This document shows positions 23,070 to 36,466 of a DNA stretch of 64,000 nucleotides, one piece after another. Within the stretch, counting starts at the first letter, position 1. Each line of letters starts with the position of its first letter. Source of the stretch: Isurus oxyrinchus (lineage: Eukaryota). The DNA lies in contig JANJGN010000008.1 in NCBI GenBank assembly GCA_026770705.1, positions 86,242,001 to 86,306,000 on the forward strand, in the 5' to 3' direction. The translations under genes were made by a program, and so were the position numbers. The notes under the pieces were generated by a model, which made no database searches, was not told the origin of the DNA, and saw only the letters and a program-made list of their open reading frames with translations.

Positions 23070-24460
23070 CTGGTATGTCCACCTGGCAGGCCACAGGCCA
23101 CATTGTGGCCCACAAAGCCTCTCCATGTGGCCTGAATAACCACTGTTCAAAAACCGGTAAGACAGGCTGGTAAGTTCAAAATGTAGGTAAGTGAAATTCA
23201 AGATTTTGCAAGGGACTGCTCATCCAATCACAGCCCATTCCTTTCTTGCATTTGCTGCTTATAGGCTCACTACTAAGCCTATCAGCAGCAAATGATGGAG
23301 TGAAACAGTCTCTGATTGGAGGAGCAGCGAACACCGGCGGTGATGTGTATTGAGGGTTGTCGGACCCAAGGGAAGCGAAAGTACTGTGAGGCTGGAGCCT
23401 GGGAAGCCATGGTACGGTGGGGCTGGAGCCCAGGCAGGGCAAAAAATTTGGCAGGCCCGGGGATGGTGAAGCTTTGGTGGGCTTGGGAAGGATGATGTTT
23501 TGGTGGGCCTGGCGAGGGTGAAGTTTTGGTGGGCTTGGGGAGGGTGAATGTTACAGTGGGCCCAGTGAGCCCGAAATTTTGGTGGGTCCATGGAGGGCGA
23601 ATATTGTGGTAGGCCCAGGGACAGTGAAGTTTTGGTGGGCCCGAGGAGGGCGAAGTTTTGGCGAGCCAAGAGGGGCAAATGTTGCGGTGAGACCAGGGAG
23701 GAGACAGTGCCGTGGTGAGTATGTGGGAATGAGAGAATGAGTGTGTGTGTGTGACTGTGGGAGTGAGAGTGATTGTGTGTGTGTGTGTGGGAGTGAGAGA
23801 GTGTGGGAGTAAGAAAATGAGTGTATGGGAGTTAGAAAGTGAGCATGTGAGTGTTTGGGAGTGAGTGAGTGTGCGTTTGTGTGCGTGTGTGTGTGCGGAA
23901 GTGTGGGGCAGTGAGAGAGTGAGTACCTGAGTGTGTGGGAGTGAGAGATTGAGTGTGTGAATGTGTTGGAGTGAGAGAGTTTTGTGCGTGTGAGTGTGTG
24001 ATTGTGGGAGTGGTGAAGGAGACAGGGAGAGAGTGAGCGAGGAAGTGTGAAGGAGAAGGGGAGAGAGTGTGTGTGTGTGTGTAAGAGAGGGGGAGAGAGT
24101 GAGTGAGTGTCTGCTTTACTCCCAGTCTCAGTTTCTCACTCACTGTCACCACCACACACCAACACATACACACACACCCACTCAAAGTGGGTGAGGGTGA
24201 GTGAGTGAGCATCCTGAGACTGAGGGTGAGCTGAACACACACACACTGACCCCCTCACATTATTGATTACCCTTTTTTAACTCAACAATTTATTGGTCTG
24301 ACATTGCTTTACTTTTGCTCAGGAATTGTTTCTTTTCTTAATATCACAGCTTGTTTAATGTTTGTGCCAAACCTTTTCTTTCCAAAATTTGCTCATTGGC
24401 CCCTTGAGGGAGGAAAAAATGCAAATGTGGCCCCTCGAGCGAAAAGGTTGGACAAGCCTG
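23070..24460. mobile_element. Non-autonomous hAT (Charlie-like) DNA transposon
   Basis: Right TIR GTTGGACAAGCCTG, degenerate left CTGGTATGTCCACC; GGCCAC/GTGGCCC subterminal motifs; 8-bp flanks GTCTATGG / GTATACGG. Confidence 0.75.
23430..24250. repeat. About 25-bp GC-rich minisatellite (GGGCCCGAGGAGGGCGAAGTTTTGGT-like) followed by (GTGA/GT)n low-complexity tract
   Basis: Read directly; lies inside the hAT element. Confidence 0.85.
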
Positions 24461-24639
24461 GTATACGGTATCCTGTCCTGTTTGCAACAGAACCTTCGGG
24501 CGTAGATCGGCCTTAGGAGTCACCTGCCAAACATCCCAGGTGATGGACATGGTCACCTTTGCCTCGAAGGATTAACAAGAGAGAGTAACCTCATGGCCCG
24601 GTATATCCCTCACTCTCTCATTACAGTCAAATCAGTGGA

Positions 24640-24892
24640 CCAACCCTGGTTCAATGAAACTCTTTTTTACGCAGGGAGTTGTGACCTGGAATGCACCATC
24701 TGAATCGGTGATGGAAACAAATTCAATAGTAACATTCAGAAGAGAATTGGATAAATACCTGAAGGGAAAATATTTACAGGGTTATTGGAAAAAAGCAAGG
24801 AACTAATATTAACTTATAGCTTTGCCAAGGAGCTGACACAGGCTTGATGGGATGAAAGACCTCCTTCTGTACTATGCCATTCTATGATTCTA
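24640..24892 (+). mobile_element. CR1 extreme 3' end
   Basis: TTTTTTACGCAGGGAGTTGTGACCTGGAATGCAC.. and (ATTCTATG)n tail. Confidence 0.85.
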
Positions 24893-24944
24893 TTAACTTA
24901 GTGCCACTTTTATTTTTCAAAACTATTTTATACATGGAACACAT

Positions 24945-25030
24945 TGAAAGGTTATCAATTTGAAATGTTAACTCTGTTTCCCTCTCCACAGATGCTGCCT
25001 GACCTGTTGAATATTTCCAGCACTTTGCAC
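24945..25030 (+). mobile_element. Penelope-like terminal fragment
   Basis: GAAATGTTAACTCTGTTTCCCTCTCCACAGATGCTGCCTGACCTG; reverse complement of 44250-44310. Confidence 0.7.
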
Positions 25031-25042
25031 TTGGTCAGATTT

Positions 25043-25500
25043 TAAGTAAAGCCTTAAAGGAGGAGAGGCTGAAAGGAACCGCAAGCTTTAGGAAGCGAAT
25101 TTCAGAGCATTAGGCCGAGACAGGTGACGTCAAGGCCACCAATGGTCAAGCAAAGGGAGTGAAGGATGCACAATAGGGTAGAATTAAAGGAAAATAGAAC
25201 TTTTGGAGGGCTGTTCGGATAGACAAGGTTATGGAGGTAGGGAAAGCAATGGGCAAGGCCATGAAGGGATTTAATCAGGAGGATGAGAATTTTAAATTTA
25301 AGGCATAGGTTGCTTGGAGCCAATGTAGGTCAGCTTGCTGAGAGGTTAGTATATTGCAGCAGAGATTTTGACAAACTGAATTTGGTGTGGATGGCCTAGA
25401 AAACATTGGAATTGTCAAGTGTAGAGGCAACCATGGTATTGATGAGGGTTTCATCAGCAGATGAGCTGAGGTGGGGCAGAGGCAGGCAATTGTATGAATG
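25043..25500 (-). mobile_element. L2-type LINE fragment
   Basis: ADLHWL..LKFKILILLIKSLHGLA..PYLHNLV. Confidence 0.85.
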
Positions 25501-25547
25501 AGTGCCATTCCAACAACATCCAAGAATCTCACTACTATTTATGACAA

Positions 25548-25960
25548 ACCAGCCCACCTTAAACATTCACTCCTTCCACCATCTAAAACATTCATTCCCT
25601 CTACCATAGGAGCACAGTGTTTCTGGTGTGTACCATAAACAAGATGCAATGTAGCAACATAACAAGGCTTCTTTGACAGCACCTTCCTAACCTGCGACCT
25701 CTATGATCTAGAAGATCATGGGTCACAGGAGCTTGGGAATTCAACAATCTATAAGGTCCCCTCCAAGTGAGACATCACCCTGACTTGCTGTTCCTTCACC
25801 ATTGCTGGGTCAACATTTTGGAAAATTTAACAACACTGAGGGAGTATATAAATTATACTGACTGTAGTGGTTCAAGAAAGTGGCCACCATCTCAAGTGCA
25901 ATTATGATGGATAATAAATGCTGGCCTTGCCAGCAATGCCCACACCCCATGAACAAATAA
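25548..25960 (+). mobile_element. 3' end of the second LINE family
   Basis: AACATTCACTCC..ACAAGATGCA..AATAAATGCTGGCCTTGCCAGCAATGCCCACA; homologous to 46325-46886. Confidence 0.85.
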
Positions 25961-25999
25961 AGCTTGTTACACAGATGGAAATAAAGAGTTTTTGTGACT

Positions 26000-26190
26000 T
26001 TTTTTATTCATTCACAGGGTGTGGGCGTCACTGGCTAGGCCAGCATTTAATGCCCTTCCCTAACTGTCCTTGAGAAGGTGGTGGTGATCGGCCATCTTGA
26101 GCCACTGCAGTCCATGTGGTGTAGGTACACGCACAGTGCCATTAGGGAGGGAGCTGCAAGATTTTGGACCTAGGGACAGTGAAGGAACAC
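26000..26190 (-). mobile_element. 3' tail of the second LINE family, tail-to-tail with the previous copy
   Basis: TTATTCATTCACAGGGTGTGGGCGTCACTGGCTAGGCCAGCATTTA is the reverse complement of that tail. Confidence 0.85.
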
Positions 26191-26923
26191 AGGATTTAGG
26201 TTGTGTGATTGGTGGATACTCAGCAGAGTAAAGGTTACAACTCATCCTGGGTGTCAGGATTATTGCACCTTTTGCCATTTGTTTAATTCCAAACATTTAT
26301 TTTACTTTAGTAATGTGCTAACAGTTAGAAACAGTCAAGTATAGCACCAGAAATGCTATGCAAAAACAAAGTTGCACCTTAATTATATTCTAAACTATTT
26401 GCTGGATGTTGATTGTAGATGGAAGTGAATAAGTCCAAATATCGGCAGAGACAGCCTTAATGTTAAAACTTCTAACAAATACTAGAAAACAACATATAAT
26501 GGTCCCAAGAGGAGTAAGAAGTAAGATAATTTAATCAAGGAAAGTGCTTGGAGAACCTTCTCATATCAATCAATATAACCTTTCTCTTTTGCTAGCAATC
26601 CATCCTTATTTACTGATTTTACCTCTGGGCTGAATTGTCCTCTCTTCAATAAATCATGACAAAACATAATTGTAGCAATTCTGTTTTTTTGGAATAAAAT
26701 TATCATGATCCTTTACAGACTGTAGAATGAGCAATATGTATGTCAATTTGCACCCCACCCCAGGTAGTATTTGGTAGTTATAAAGTGTTTCCCAATGGTA
26801 ACATCTTAGAGACAGCACTTTGGCTGTTATCATTCTGATCAGTCTTCTGAGGTTTTTGCTATAGATGAGTTTGGGACTTGCCCTGTTTTGGAATGTGATC
26901 ATTTTTTCATGGAAAAGATTCTT

Positions 26924-27449
26924 GGTTTGGGTTATGTTTAATAAGATGCATTATAATGTAATGTTAAAATAGTAAATGTTAAAATATTATATGAGAGAAG
27001 GAGCTAGTTTTATTGACAGGCCTGTTGGAGAAGAATCCAAGCCTTTTCTTTCTTGCCTCCTGGAGGAAAGGATTGACAGAAGAGAAACACATGAGAGGAA
27101 GGAAGAAGTTTTGTAGAAAAGATTAAGAGAGACCGCTATGGCCCAGGACTCAAAGCTAAAAAGGATTGATATTCAGGTTTCCTGTTAGAAATTGCTGAGA
27201 ATGAAAGGTATGCCAAAAACAAAGAGGTCAACCTAAGGAAGGGACAGGGAGTGTGCTTTATTAGTTTTCACTACTTTACAAGGGAAGTGACATTAAATAA
27301 GGGGGATTTATTTTGATTAATACTCTTCATGTTTGCTTGCAGCCTGTGAAATAAAGCTGCTTGATCATTCATATCTGACCTTGTCTCAGTAAATGTTTCA
27401 TTTCAATCTTTGAAGAGATTGGAGAAGTGCATGTTCGAAAGCCGCAACA
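26924..27449 (+). mobile_element. Probable solo LTR
   Basis: Ends CCGCAACA; AATAAA at about 27350; TCTT on both flanks; 5' end degenerate (GGTTTGGG). Confidence 0.5.
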
Positions 27450-27894
27450 TCTTGTTCAGGTCATAAGCAGTCTGAGCAATTCAAGATGCAAGGTGTTCAG
27501 ACCTTTCACGAGTGACAAGAATGACTATACTGCAGAGACGACCAAAGACATGAAATTTGCAAGGGGATTGATTTTCTTTTATCTAAAATGATTGGATAGT
27601 TTGGGAACTGGTAGAGAATGTGGAAATTAATGCTTTATTCTCAAGTTTTTCAAACTGCTCACAGGGTGGAATTTTATCCAGTTGGTCCCTGCAAAAATGG
27701 CAGGACCATTAGCAGATCTGGAATCTATTTGTTCTGTTGGCAAGCTTTCTGTTGGCTCTTTGACTCAACTATGACACTGGCATCCTGCTTTTGTGTTTCC
27801 CTACCAACCAGGGACATGCTGGATTGGTCAAAGAAAAGAGTTCTGACTAAAGGGACCACAGCATGGGTGAGAATAGCACACCTGAACATGGATT

Positions 27895-30285
27895 TCTGAA
27901 GATGCCGCATAACCTCCCTACTTTTGTAATCAATTCCCCTCGTGATAAACAATAATATCCTACTAGCATTCCTAATTACTTGCTGTACCTGCATACAAGC
28001 CTTTTGTGATTCATGGACACCAAGATCCCCCTGAACCTCAGAACTCTGCAATCTTCCATTATTTAGATGCTGCCTTTTTATCCTTCCTGCCAAAACAGAC
28101 AATTTCACATTTGCCTACATTATACCCCATTTGCCAGATCTTTGCCCATTCACCTCATCTATCTATGTCCCCTTGTAGCCTCCTTGTGTGCTCTTCACAA
28201 TTTACCTTCCTACCTATCTTTATGTCATCAGCAAATTTAGCAACCATCCCATCCATCCCTTCATCCAAGTCATTTATATAAATTGTAAAAAGTTGAGGCT
28301 CCAGCACTGATCCTTGTGGCACACCACTTGTTACATTCTGCCAAGCAGAAAAAGACCCATTATCTGCTTCCTGTTAGCTAGCCAATCTTCTAACCATGCC
28401 AATACCCTCTCCACCATGAGCTTTTGTTTTCAACAACTTTTGATGTGGCACTCTATCAAATGCCTTTTGGAAATCTAAGTACAGTATATCCACTGATTCC
28501 CCTTTATCCACAGCACATGTGGCTCCTTCATAGCACCCCAATAATTTGGTTAAACATGATTTCCTTTTCACAAAACTATGTTGACTCTGTCTGATTAACT
28601 TAATTTTTTCTAAGTGCCTGCTATAACATTTTTAATAATGGATTCTAACATTTTCCCTATGACAGATGTTAGACTAACTGGCCTATAGTTTTCTGCTTTC
28701 TGTCTCCCTCCCTTTTTGAATAGAGGAGTTACATTTTCTATTTTCCAATCTAATGGAACCTTTCCTTTTGGAAAATTAAAACCAATACATCAATGATCTC
28801 ACTTGCCATTTCTTTCAAGACCTTAGGGTGAAGTCCATCTGGACCCAGGGATTTGTCAGCCCACAGTCCCAATAATTTGCTCAATACCACTTCCCTGTGA
28901 TTGTAATTTTCCTGAGTTCCTCCCTCCTTTGCATTTCCTGATTTACAGCTATTTCCAGGATGTTACTCATGTCTTCTATAGTGAAAACTGATGCAAAATA
29001 CCTGGTTAATTCATCCGCCATCTCCATATTTTCCATTATCAATTCCCAGACACACTTTCTATAGGACCAACACTCATTTTGTTAACTCTTTTCATATTTA
29101 AATATCTATTTCTCTAATATTTGAATTTTTCCCTCCTTATTAATCTTTTTGACATTCTTTGCAGATCTTTATATTCTTTCCAATCTTCTGACCTGCCATC
29201 CCTCTTTGTACAATTAAATGCTTTTTCTTTAAGTTTGATACTGTCTTTAACTTTTTTAGTTAACCACGATGGTTTGCTGTCCCCTTGGAATTTTTCTTCC
29301 TCATTGGAATGTATCTATCCTGTGTTTCTGAAATATCCGTTAAATGTGTCACTGAACCTCTATTGACATATTCCTTAACCTCATTTGCCTGTTCAGTATA
29401 GCTAGTTTTAGTTTCACCCCCTCATAATTGCCCCTAGTTCAGTTTAAAATGCTAGTTTTGGTTGCACTCATTTCTCCCTCACTAGGAGGTTATCAATAAA
29501 TCCTATCTCATTGCTCAATGCCAGGTCTAGTAAAGCCTGCTCTCTGGTTGACTCCAAAACATGTTGTTCTAGGAAACTATCCCGAAGACGACCTATGAAC
29601 TCACTTACACTACCTTTGTCCACCTGATTTTTCCTGTCTATATGTAAATTAAAATACCCCATGATTATCGCCATAGCTTTCTGACAACCTCTTCTTTTAT
29701 ATTCTGTTCTACTGCGTAGTTACAATTAGGGGGCCAGTACACCACTCCCACAAGTGAATTCTTGCCTTTATCATTTCTCATCTCAACCCAAACCACTTCT
29801 ACATCCTGGTTTCTTGAACTTAGGTCTTCCCTATCTAATGTGCTAATACCATCATTAATTAACAGAGCCACCCCTCCACCTTTTCCTAACCTCTTGTCCT
29901 TCCTAAATGTCATGTACCCTTCAATATTCAGGTTCCAATCTATGTGTCCTGTGGCCATGTCTGTGTTACAACTATCAAATTGTACTTGCTTATTTCTATT
30001 TGTGCTATCAGTTCATCTGTTTTGTTTTGAATGCTATGTGTGTTTAGTTACAGAGCCTTTAGTTTTGTCCTTTTATTATTTTTGTAGTGTCTAGCCTTAT
30101 CTCTGATTTACTCTTAGATTTGTACTCTCTGTCCCTCCCTGTAACATTCTGTTTATCATTTCCCAGATTAATACCTGTCTATCTTGCCTTGTCACTACTC
30201 CTTGGTTTATCACATCTTCCCAAATTTTGATCTCTTGTCTCCACTATTCAGTTTAAAGCCTTCTCTACTTCCCTAGTTATGCAGC
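27895..30285 (-). mobile_element. CR1 LINE: ORF1/ORF2 junction, endonuclease and RT; 3' end missing
   Basis: WNLNIEGYMTFRKD..GKGGGVALLI, VGVVYWPP, GYFNL, KSCLT..LYLDFQKAFDRVPH. Confidence 0.95.
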
Positions 30286-30639
30286 TTGTCCAGCGTTCTC
30301 CTACACAGCTCTCCTCAGAACAACCCAACTTGCAGCTCCACTTACTCCTCTCTCTCCAGAAACTTCACATCCCCATCTGAGTGGCCAAATTTCACATTCA
30401 CCATCAGTCCATTGCTCTCTCGCTCCCAAGCCTCAAAGTCACACCCCACAAATGATGACTTTCTATCCTCTCCACACAAACCATTGTTAACACTCATAAC
30501 CCTTTGCTTCCTCTCCCTGTAGGTGAAGAGAGCACACAACCTCGGGAAGAAGCAGAGACTTGTGGGGATGGAGGGGGTGGTGGGGTGGTGGGGGTGGGGG
30601 TGGTTGGTGGCGGTGGGTTGGGGGTGTGGGTCACCCTCC

Positions 30640-31000
30640 AGTAACAGGCATTTTGACAGCCACTGGCAAAGCCATGCCTACCTGTTCCATTGGGAAGGAA
30701 ATCTTGTTTAAGGTGGTTGCAGATGGCAGCAAAGTTCTGAGAGACTGAGCCTCCTGATTCACTGGTGTTCAGACATGTTGAGAGAGTTGACCCTCTCCAT
30801 GTGTAGCCCGTGTTGGAGACCTTCCCTAGTTGTAGCTGGACCTTTGTGCCCATTCACTTGGCCCAATGGAGTGGCATGTGGCTGAGGACAAGGCGGCAGA
30901 TGCTGCTTCTTCTGGTGTTGATGTTGCTGCTACTCTTGTCCCACACCAGAGTTACAAGGCAGGGCTGCATAAAGCTGCTCTGATACCATGGTGAAGGCTG
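30640..31000 (-). pseudogene. Harbinger transposase N-terminal remnant
   Basis: ERVNSLNMSEHQ*IRRLSLS / AICNHLKQDFLPNGTGRH / LPVAVK matches the starts of the other transposases. Confidence 0.7.
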
Positions 31001-31599
31001 ACAGCAAGGAAGTGCAGCTGAAGGTGGGTGAATTGCAAGAAAGGTGAGGTGGCTGCAAATAAGTTGGCTATAACCTGTCTTGCACTGGAAGCATCCTCTG
31101 TGAAGGAATGCTGTGAGCAGCAGCCTCTCACCTGCCCATTGGTTGCAGAAATTCAGCTTCACCAATTAAAGATTTCTAGTCTCTCTCTGTTTCACTGTAG
31201 AAGCATTCCTAGCTGTGCACTCATCCTGGAGACCCTGGGGAGTTCCACAAGCTTAGGAACTACATTTAGAAGCTGTGACATGTAGAAACTTGTCTAAAAC
31301 AGAACTTAATTGCTTATTAGAATTTGTAAACACATTACATTTACAAGGGGGTGTTGGGCTCTGCTTGAGTGAAACCTGGAAAAGGGTGGGTGATGTTGGG
31401 ATCCTAATTCAATGTCACTTTTAGGGTATTAAGTTCTCTGCAATTCACCTAAAGCTACCTCTCCTTGCCTGCAAATATTCCCCCACAGACTCACTGTTAT
31501 TAAGCTAATTGATAATATTCTTAATGCTACAGTTCCCACCGATAACAAGCCCGCAATATGCCCACCTGATCTTTCAGCAGGTTACATGGTCCAAGATTA

Positions 31600-31762
31600 C
31601 AGATTTGAGCAATAATAACATTTAGATCAATCTGCACTTCAAACCTGTGCCACCACCATTCTATTAGATCACAGTTGATCAAAATTTTAAGTCCACTTAC
31701 CAGCCTTGGTTCCCATAACCCTTAATATCTTTGCCTAACAAAAATCTATCAACCTCAGTTCA
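31600..31762 (-). mobile_element. CR1 3' UTR fragment
   Basis: CCCATAACCCTTAATATC..AACAAAAATCTATCAACCTCAG resembles 47385-47430. Confidence 0.7.
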
Positions 31763-31764
31763 GC

Positions 31765-32790
31765 TTTTTGCTCTAGAGGCAGGTGTCCAGAGTTGGGAAA
31801 TTCCCTCATCCAGCAGATCTACCTCAGTTTAAAGGGCCCCATTACACCCAATTTTCACTCTGGCGAGGCAGGGACTGGATCAAATTGGGCCCGCTGACAC
31901 CAGAAGCAGATCGTAGGCATCCACAGGGGTGGGCAAGTGTTGAGGCTGGCTGGTTAGAAGGTGCGCCACAGTTCCTTGAGGCTTCTCTGTTTTTAAAAGG
32001 TTTTCAGGTCCTCTAGCCCTCAGCCCTTGCATCCGCTCACTGCCTACTTACTCCTATGGCCTCTTCATGCCAACTCATACCCCCTGCAAACCCCATGCCC
32101 CCATACCGCTCATTGTCCCATACCATCATGTACCCTCCATGCTCCGCTCTGCCATCTCCATGCAACCTCATACCCCTGTGACACTTCCATAGGTACTCAT
32201 TCAGTATCCATTGTGGGCAGACTCAGGAGGCATGTAGTGATGAAAAAAATTAAACTTCTAACAATCGAATAGAGCTCTCACTCATATACACTTGGTAATG
32301 AAAATGCTCCCATTCATGAAACTCATTCAAAGATTTTAAATGCCATCAAGTGTTCTGTTATAAAAATAAACAAGCGACTATTCAGTAATCACATCAAAGA
32401 CAGCTAATCCTTTAAACTGTCAATCAGAATTCTCTGTCTGAGGTAAGTGTTTTTAGAGCTTTTGAAATGCAGTCAAGCACTTATAGAGAGCTCAGCTGTA
32501 ATAGCAGAGCTTGGGAACAGCAAAGAACTCTACTGAAACTAGAGGAACAGATGGTAAGGACTTTTTCTAACCTACACCAGATGGCCCGTTAATCAAAGCA
32601 GTCCAGCAGCGATTATTTTTTAAACTGACATCTTCAGCCTGTTTTTTTACATATTTAAAGTCTGAATATTAAAAAAACACTTCAGACCATGACACTTAAG
32701 CAGCTCTTATCCACTCTTCAAAAGTGTTTACAACTACTCCATAAATTCTTGATGCTCATACTGTGGGTAAGACTCTTGGAAAAGTAAAAA
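31765..32790. mobile_element. Probable old non-autonomous DNA transposon fragment
   Basis: GC-rich subterminal-like start, CCCCATGCC-rich tract, AT-rich body; TIRs not resolved. Confidence 0.35.
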
Positions 32791-34918
32791 TAAAGTTTGT
32801 CTGAACACAGCACTAATTTGGAACGATCCTGATGAGTTCGGGCAGGAGCTGGTGGTAGAGCTTTGGACCGAGGCTCATGTCTGTTGGCATAGCAGCAGAG
32901 GCAACTGGATTAAAGGAGTCGTGGGTAAAGAGCAGGGATGAGGGAAAGAAAGTTGGGGAGGAGAGCAAAGAAAATCAAAGAAAAGAACAAAGTGGAGGCC
33001 AAGTGGATAGTTTTGCAGAATTGTGCTCCCAGGCGGGAGTCACAATCAGTGTGGACATGTATTGGGAATTTGGGTACATTATCAAGACTGGAGAATAACT
33101 CTGGAAATTTAATCTTTTAATTTTTAAAAGCACAAAAAATGTTCGAACAATAGCCTTTTAACTACAAGAGTAAAGTAATCTCATTCCATTGTGTTTAAAT
33201 ATAAACTCAGCTATTATTTGACTTTAGCTGGGTGAGTTTCTCAGTTCTCAGCTGGGCTACTCAAGCAAAAAAAACACCTCATGTGTAAAACACCTTCTCT
33301 CTTACAACCATTGGCAGATAATTCTGCCTAAAATGGCAAAACACTAACTCAATGGTGGCAGCGACCAGTGACCAGTGGTGGGGGTGGGGTTGGGTTTTGG
33401 TGAGGTGGAAGGGGAGACGCATGTGAGTGGGAAAGTGATGACAAGCAAGAAACGAAGAACAGAATTAAGAAACAAATAGCACAGGCCCCTTACCAACTGA
33501 TTGGACTAGATGTCAAAATGAACATCATCCCAACCTAATGGCTGAAGAACATCAGAGAAGCAGAAGCAGGGAAAAAGCCCAAGGAAAGCATTTAATTTAA
33601 AAAAAAACACCATTCTTATGGAGAAAACTAATGTAACAAATCTTTTTATTATTGCTAGTCTCCAGCTTTGAAGCTTTTTGTTTGATTAAAGTGGGAAATA
33701 CGTAATAAAGAAGTGAATTGTCGGTAAAATATTGTGAGAGAAGCTGGTTTTCTCATGGAAGAGAAGGGAATACGCTTACGGTTCCCAAATCACTGACCTG
33801 ACCTTTTCTTCTTATTTGTGTTTATTGGAGGCATTCTCAAGCAATGTGTTTCAAAGTGCCACACTGTCTGCTTCCTGTATTTCATAATCCCCTCTCTAAC
33901 AGATTTGAGATTAACTCTTATATAGATGAATAAATAACACTGCCTTGAGAATGACATTGGAAAATAATTGTAGTTGCATGAAGGGATATATTTAACATTT
34001 TAATTTTTCTGGGGCAGAGTTTCATACATTGAGGATTCAAGGGCAAACCACTTCCTTCTGAAAATGACACTGAGAAGCCAAATGGCTCAGATATTTAAAA
34101 ATCTGGTGAGCTCAGAGAAGTTTGAAATCTTTCGACTTACACAAAAGAGGAGAATAAAAAAGGTTATTCAGAGCATTTGTCTGAGTTGATCAAGGGGCGG
34201 GTTTTATAGGTAGGAATTGGGACGACTGCTCAAGAGTAAAATCCGGCATGATCACTTTGGGTTCGTGGCCGAACGTCATTAAACCACTCTCCAATAATAC
34301 GGAAGTCAGGAGGGTGCTGAAATTGGCAGCCCACCCACCATTTTTTCAAAATCTAATTAACAAGCTTTTAATTGCCCTCGCCACATTTTAGTGGGTGCAT
34401 TGGGAGGGAGTCACATACCAGGGGAAGAATTTTTCGCTCAATGTGCGGGCACATAAAATAACGCCCAGGGATGATGGGTGCGTGTCCCGATATCATTGCA
34501 CACTCACGCGATGTTTCGGTGGGCAGGCACACAAGGGTGCTGGAGCCGTGCCTGCCGTTAACTAATAGGCCAATTAAAACCATTAAAAAGTCAATTGACG
34601 CCGATTTTCCACTGCCTGTATGATTTCATGCTTGTTGCAATGGCAAAACGGGCAGGCGGCTAGCCAACAGATTCAAATACCTCATCCACAGGTGGGATAA
34701 AAAGGATCAACAGCATTGCCATTGTGAGTAGTGAGGAGTTTGGAATATAGTTTACTGCTGGTGATTTATTGGTATTTGGCAGCTTCATTTGTGCTCAGGG
34801 CTTCATCCTTAGCATTTCCAGGATTAATTTCAGGACTGCTTGGTGTCTCCAAGGCCCATGGAAGATTCAGACTGTGTGGATCCTTTCAGGTATCAGACAG
34901 CCTTCTATTACCCTGGTA

Positions 34919-36150
34919 ATGGGGATTGTGGTCTCCGCTTGTGGCACATCCTCTGATGAGGAAGAGAGGGGCAGAAGAGAGAGGACACCCGGTGTCCCAA
35001 TACAGCTTCCAGGGGAGGGACCTGGGAGGACAGGTGCAGGCACAAGAGGTGCAGGGTCAGCAGGAAGTCCAAGGCGGAAGGGGCCGCAGAAGACGCCACT
35101 ATCCTGCTCCCAGGGTTTACAGGCATTGATGCAGCTACCTCAATATGCCTGAGGTGCAATGCCGAAGGAGGTGCCACCTCTCAAGGGAGACCGTGACCTC
35201 CATCTGTCAGATGATTGGGCCTGAGATCACCTCGGGCTGTGTGGGTCGACACCCCATGCCTATGGTTCTGAAGGTCATAGCGACCCTTAAGTTCTATGCC
35301 TCTGGCTCTTTCCAGGGCTCAGTGGGGGATGTGTGTGGAGTTTCCCAATCAACTGGCCACAGTTGCATTAAGCTGGTGACAGAAGCTCTGTCCAGTTGGT
35401 TACTGACCTTTATTCTTTACCGTACGGACAAGGCCGGCCAGACAGAGCGAGCCAGAGGCTTTGCAGCGATTGCTGGGATCCCCGTGTCCGTGGTGCCATC
35501 GACTGCACACATGTGGCCATCAAAACGCCAGCAGGTCAGCCGGGTGCCTTCGTCAACAGGAAGGGATTCCATTCCATGAACGTGCAGATAGTGTGTGATC
35601 ACAGGATGCGGATTCTACAAATCTGTGCAAAGTACCCAGGCAGCTCCCATGAAGCTTACATCCTGAGCCACTTCCAGGTGCCAGGGCTCTTCAGTGCTCC
35701 AGCCCGGCTGGATGGATGGCTGCTGGGTGATAAGGGCTATCTGTCGAAGAGGTGGCTTATGATGCCGCTTGCCACCAAAGAACAGAGGCAGAGAAGCGTT
35801 ACAACAGGAGTCATGTCTCCACAAGGGCGGTGTTAAAGAGGACCATAGGTCTTCTCAAGATACGGGCCCGAAGCCTGGATCGTTCAGGGGGTGCACTACA
35901 CTGCTCCCCAGAGCGGGTGTTATTGATTGCGGTTGCAAGCTGCACTCTCCACAATCTGGCACTGGCAAGGGGGGATCCACTGGAGGAAGAGGATCTTGAC
36001 ACAGCTGCATAGGCCACAGAGGATGAATCCAATAGTGAGTTAGAAGAGGAGCACGGTGAGGAGAACACTGAGGGTGTAGAGGCAGACCTCGGTTATCTCC
36101 AGGGAGGCAGGGACACCAGGGACGCCTTGATCTAACGCTTCTTCAGCTAG
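34919..36150 (+). pseudogene. Harbinger DDE transposase (HARBI1-like family), frameshifted
   Basis: LKFYASGSFQ, GAIDCTHVAI, NRKGFHSMNVQIVCD, YPGSSHE, GWLLGDKGY, CTLHNLA, acidic tail. Confidence 0.95.
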
Positions 36151-36466
36151 GCTACCAAAGATCCACTCTCACCTCATGCCAGGGCTACCGCCTCCATCCC
36201 GGATGTCTGAAATGACCCTTTCATTTGCACCCAAAGTCCACTCAGTGCCTGTGCAATAAAATTCCGAGCCACTCACATCCAGAAAGGAAAAAAGGTAAAG
36301 CATACTCAGGCCATGAGAACCAAAGCAAATTTAATGTTATTTTCACATTGAAAGAATGATGACATTACTATTACTGGTATTGGTGTCCACATCAGCAGAC
36401 ATATAAACTAAACATAAATGAACAGAAAATCACCCGTAAACTGTCCCTTTTGTGCTCATGATGCCT

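Noticed and set aside
23832-24242. His/Thr-rich ORF
   Set aside because: Translation of a (CA/CT)n low-complexity tract.
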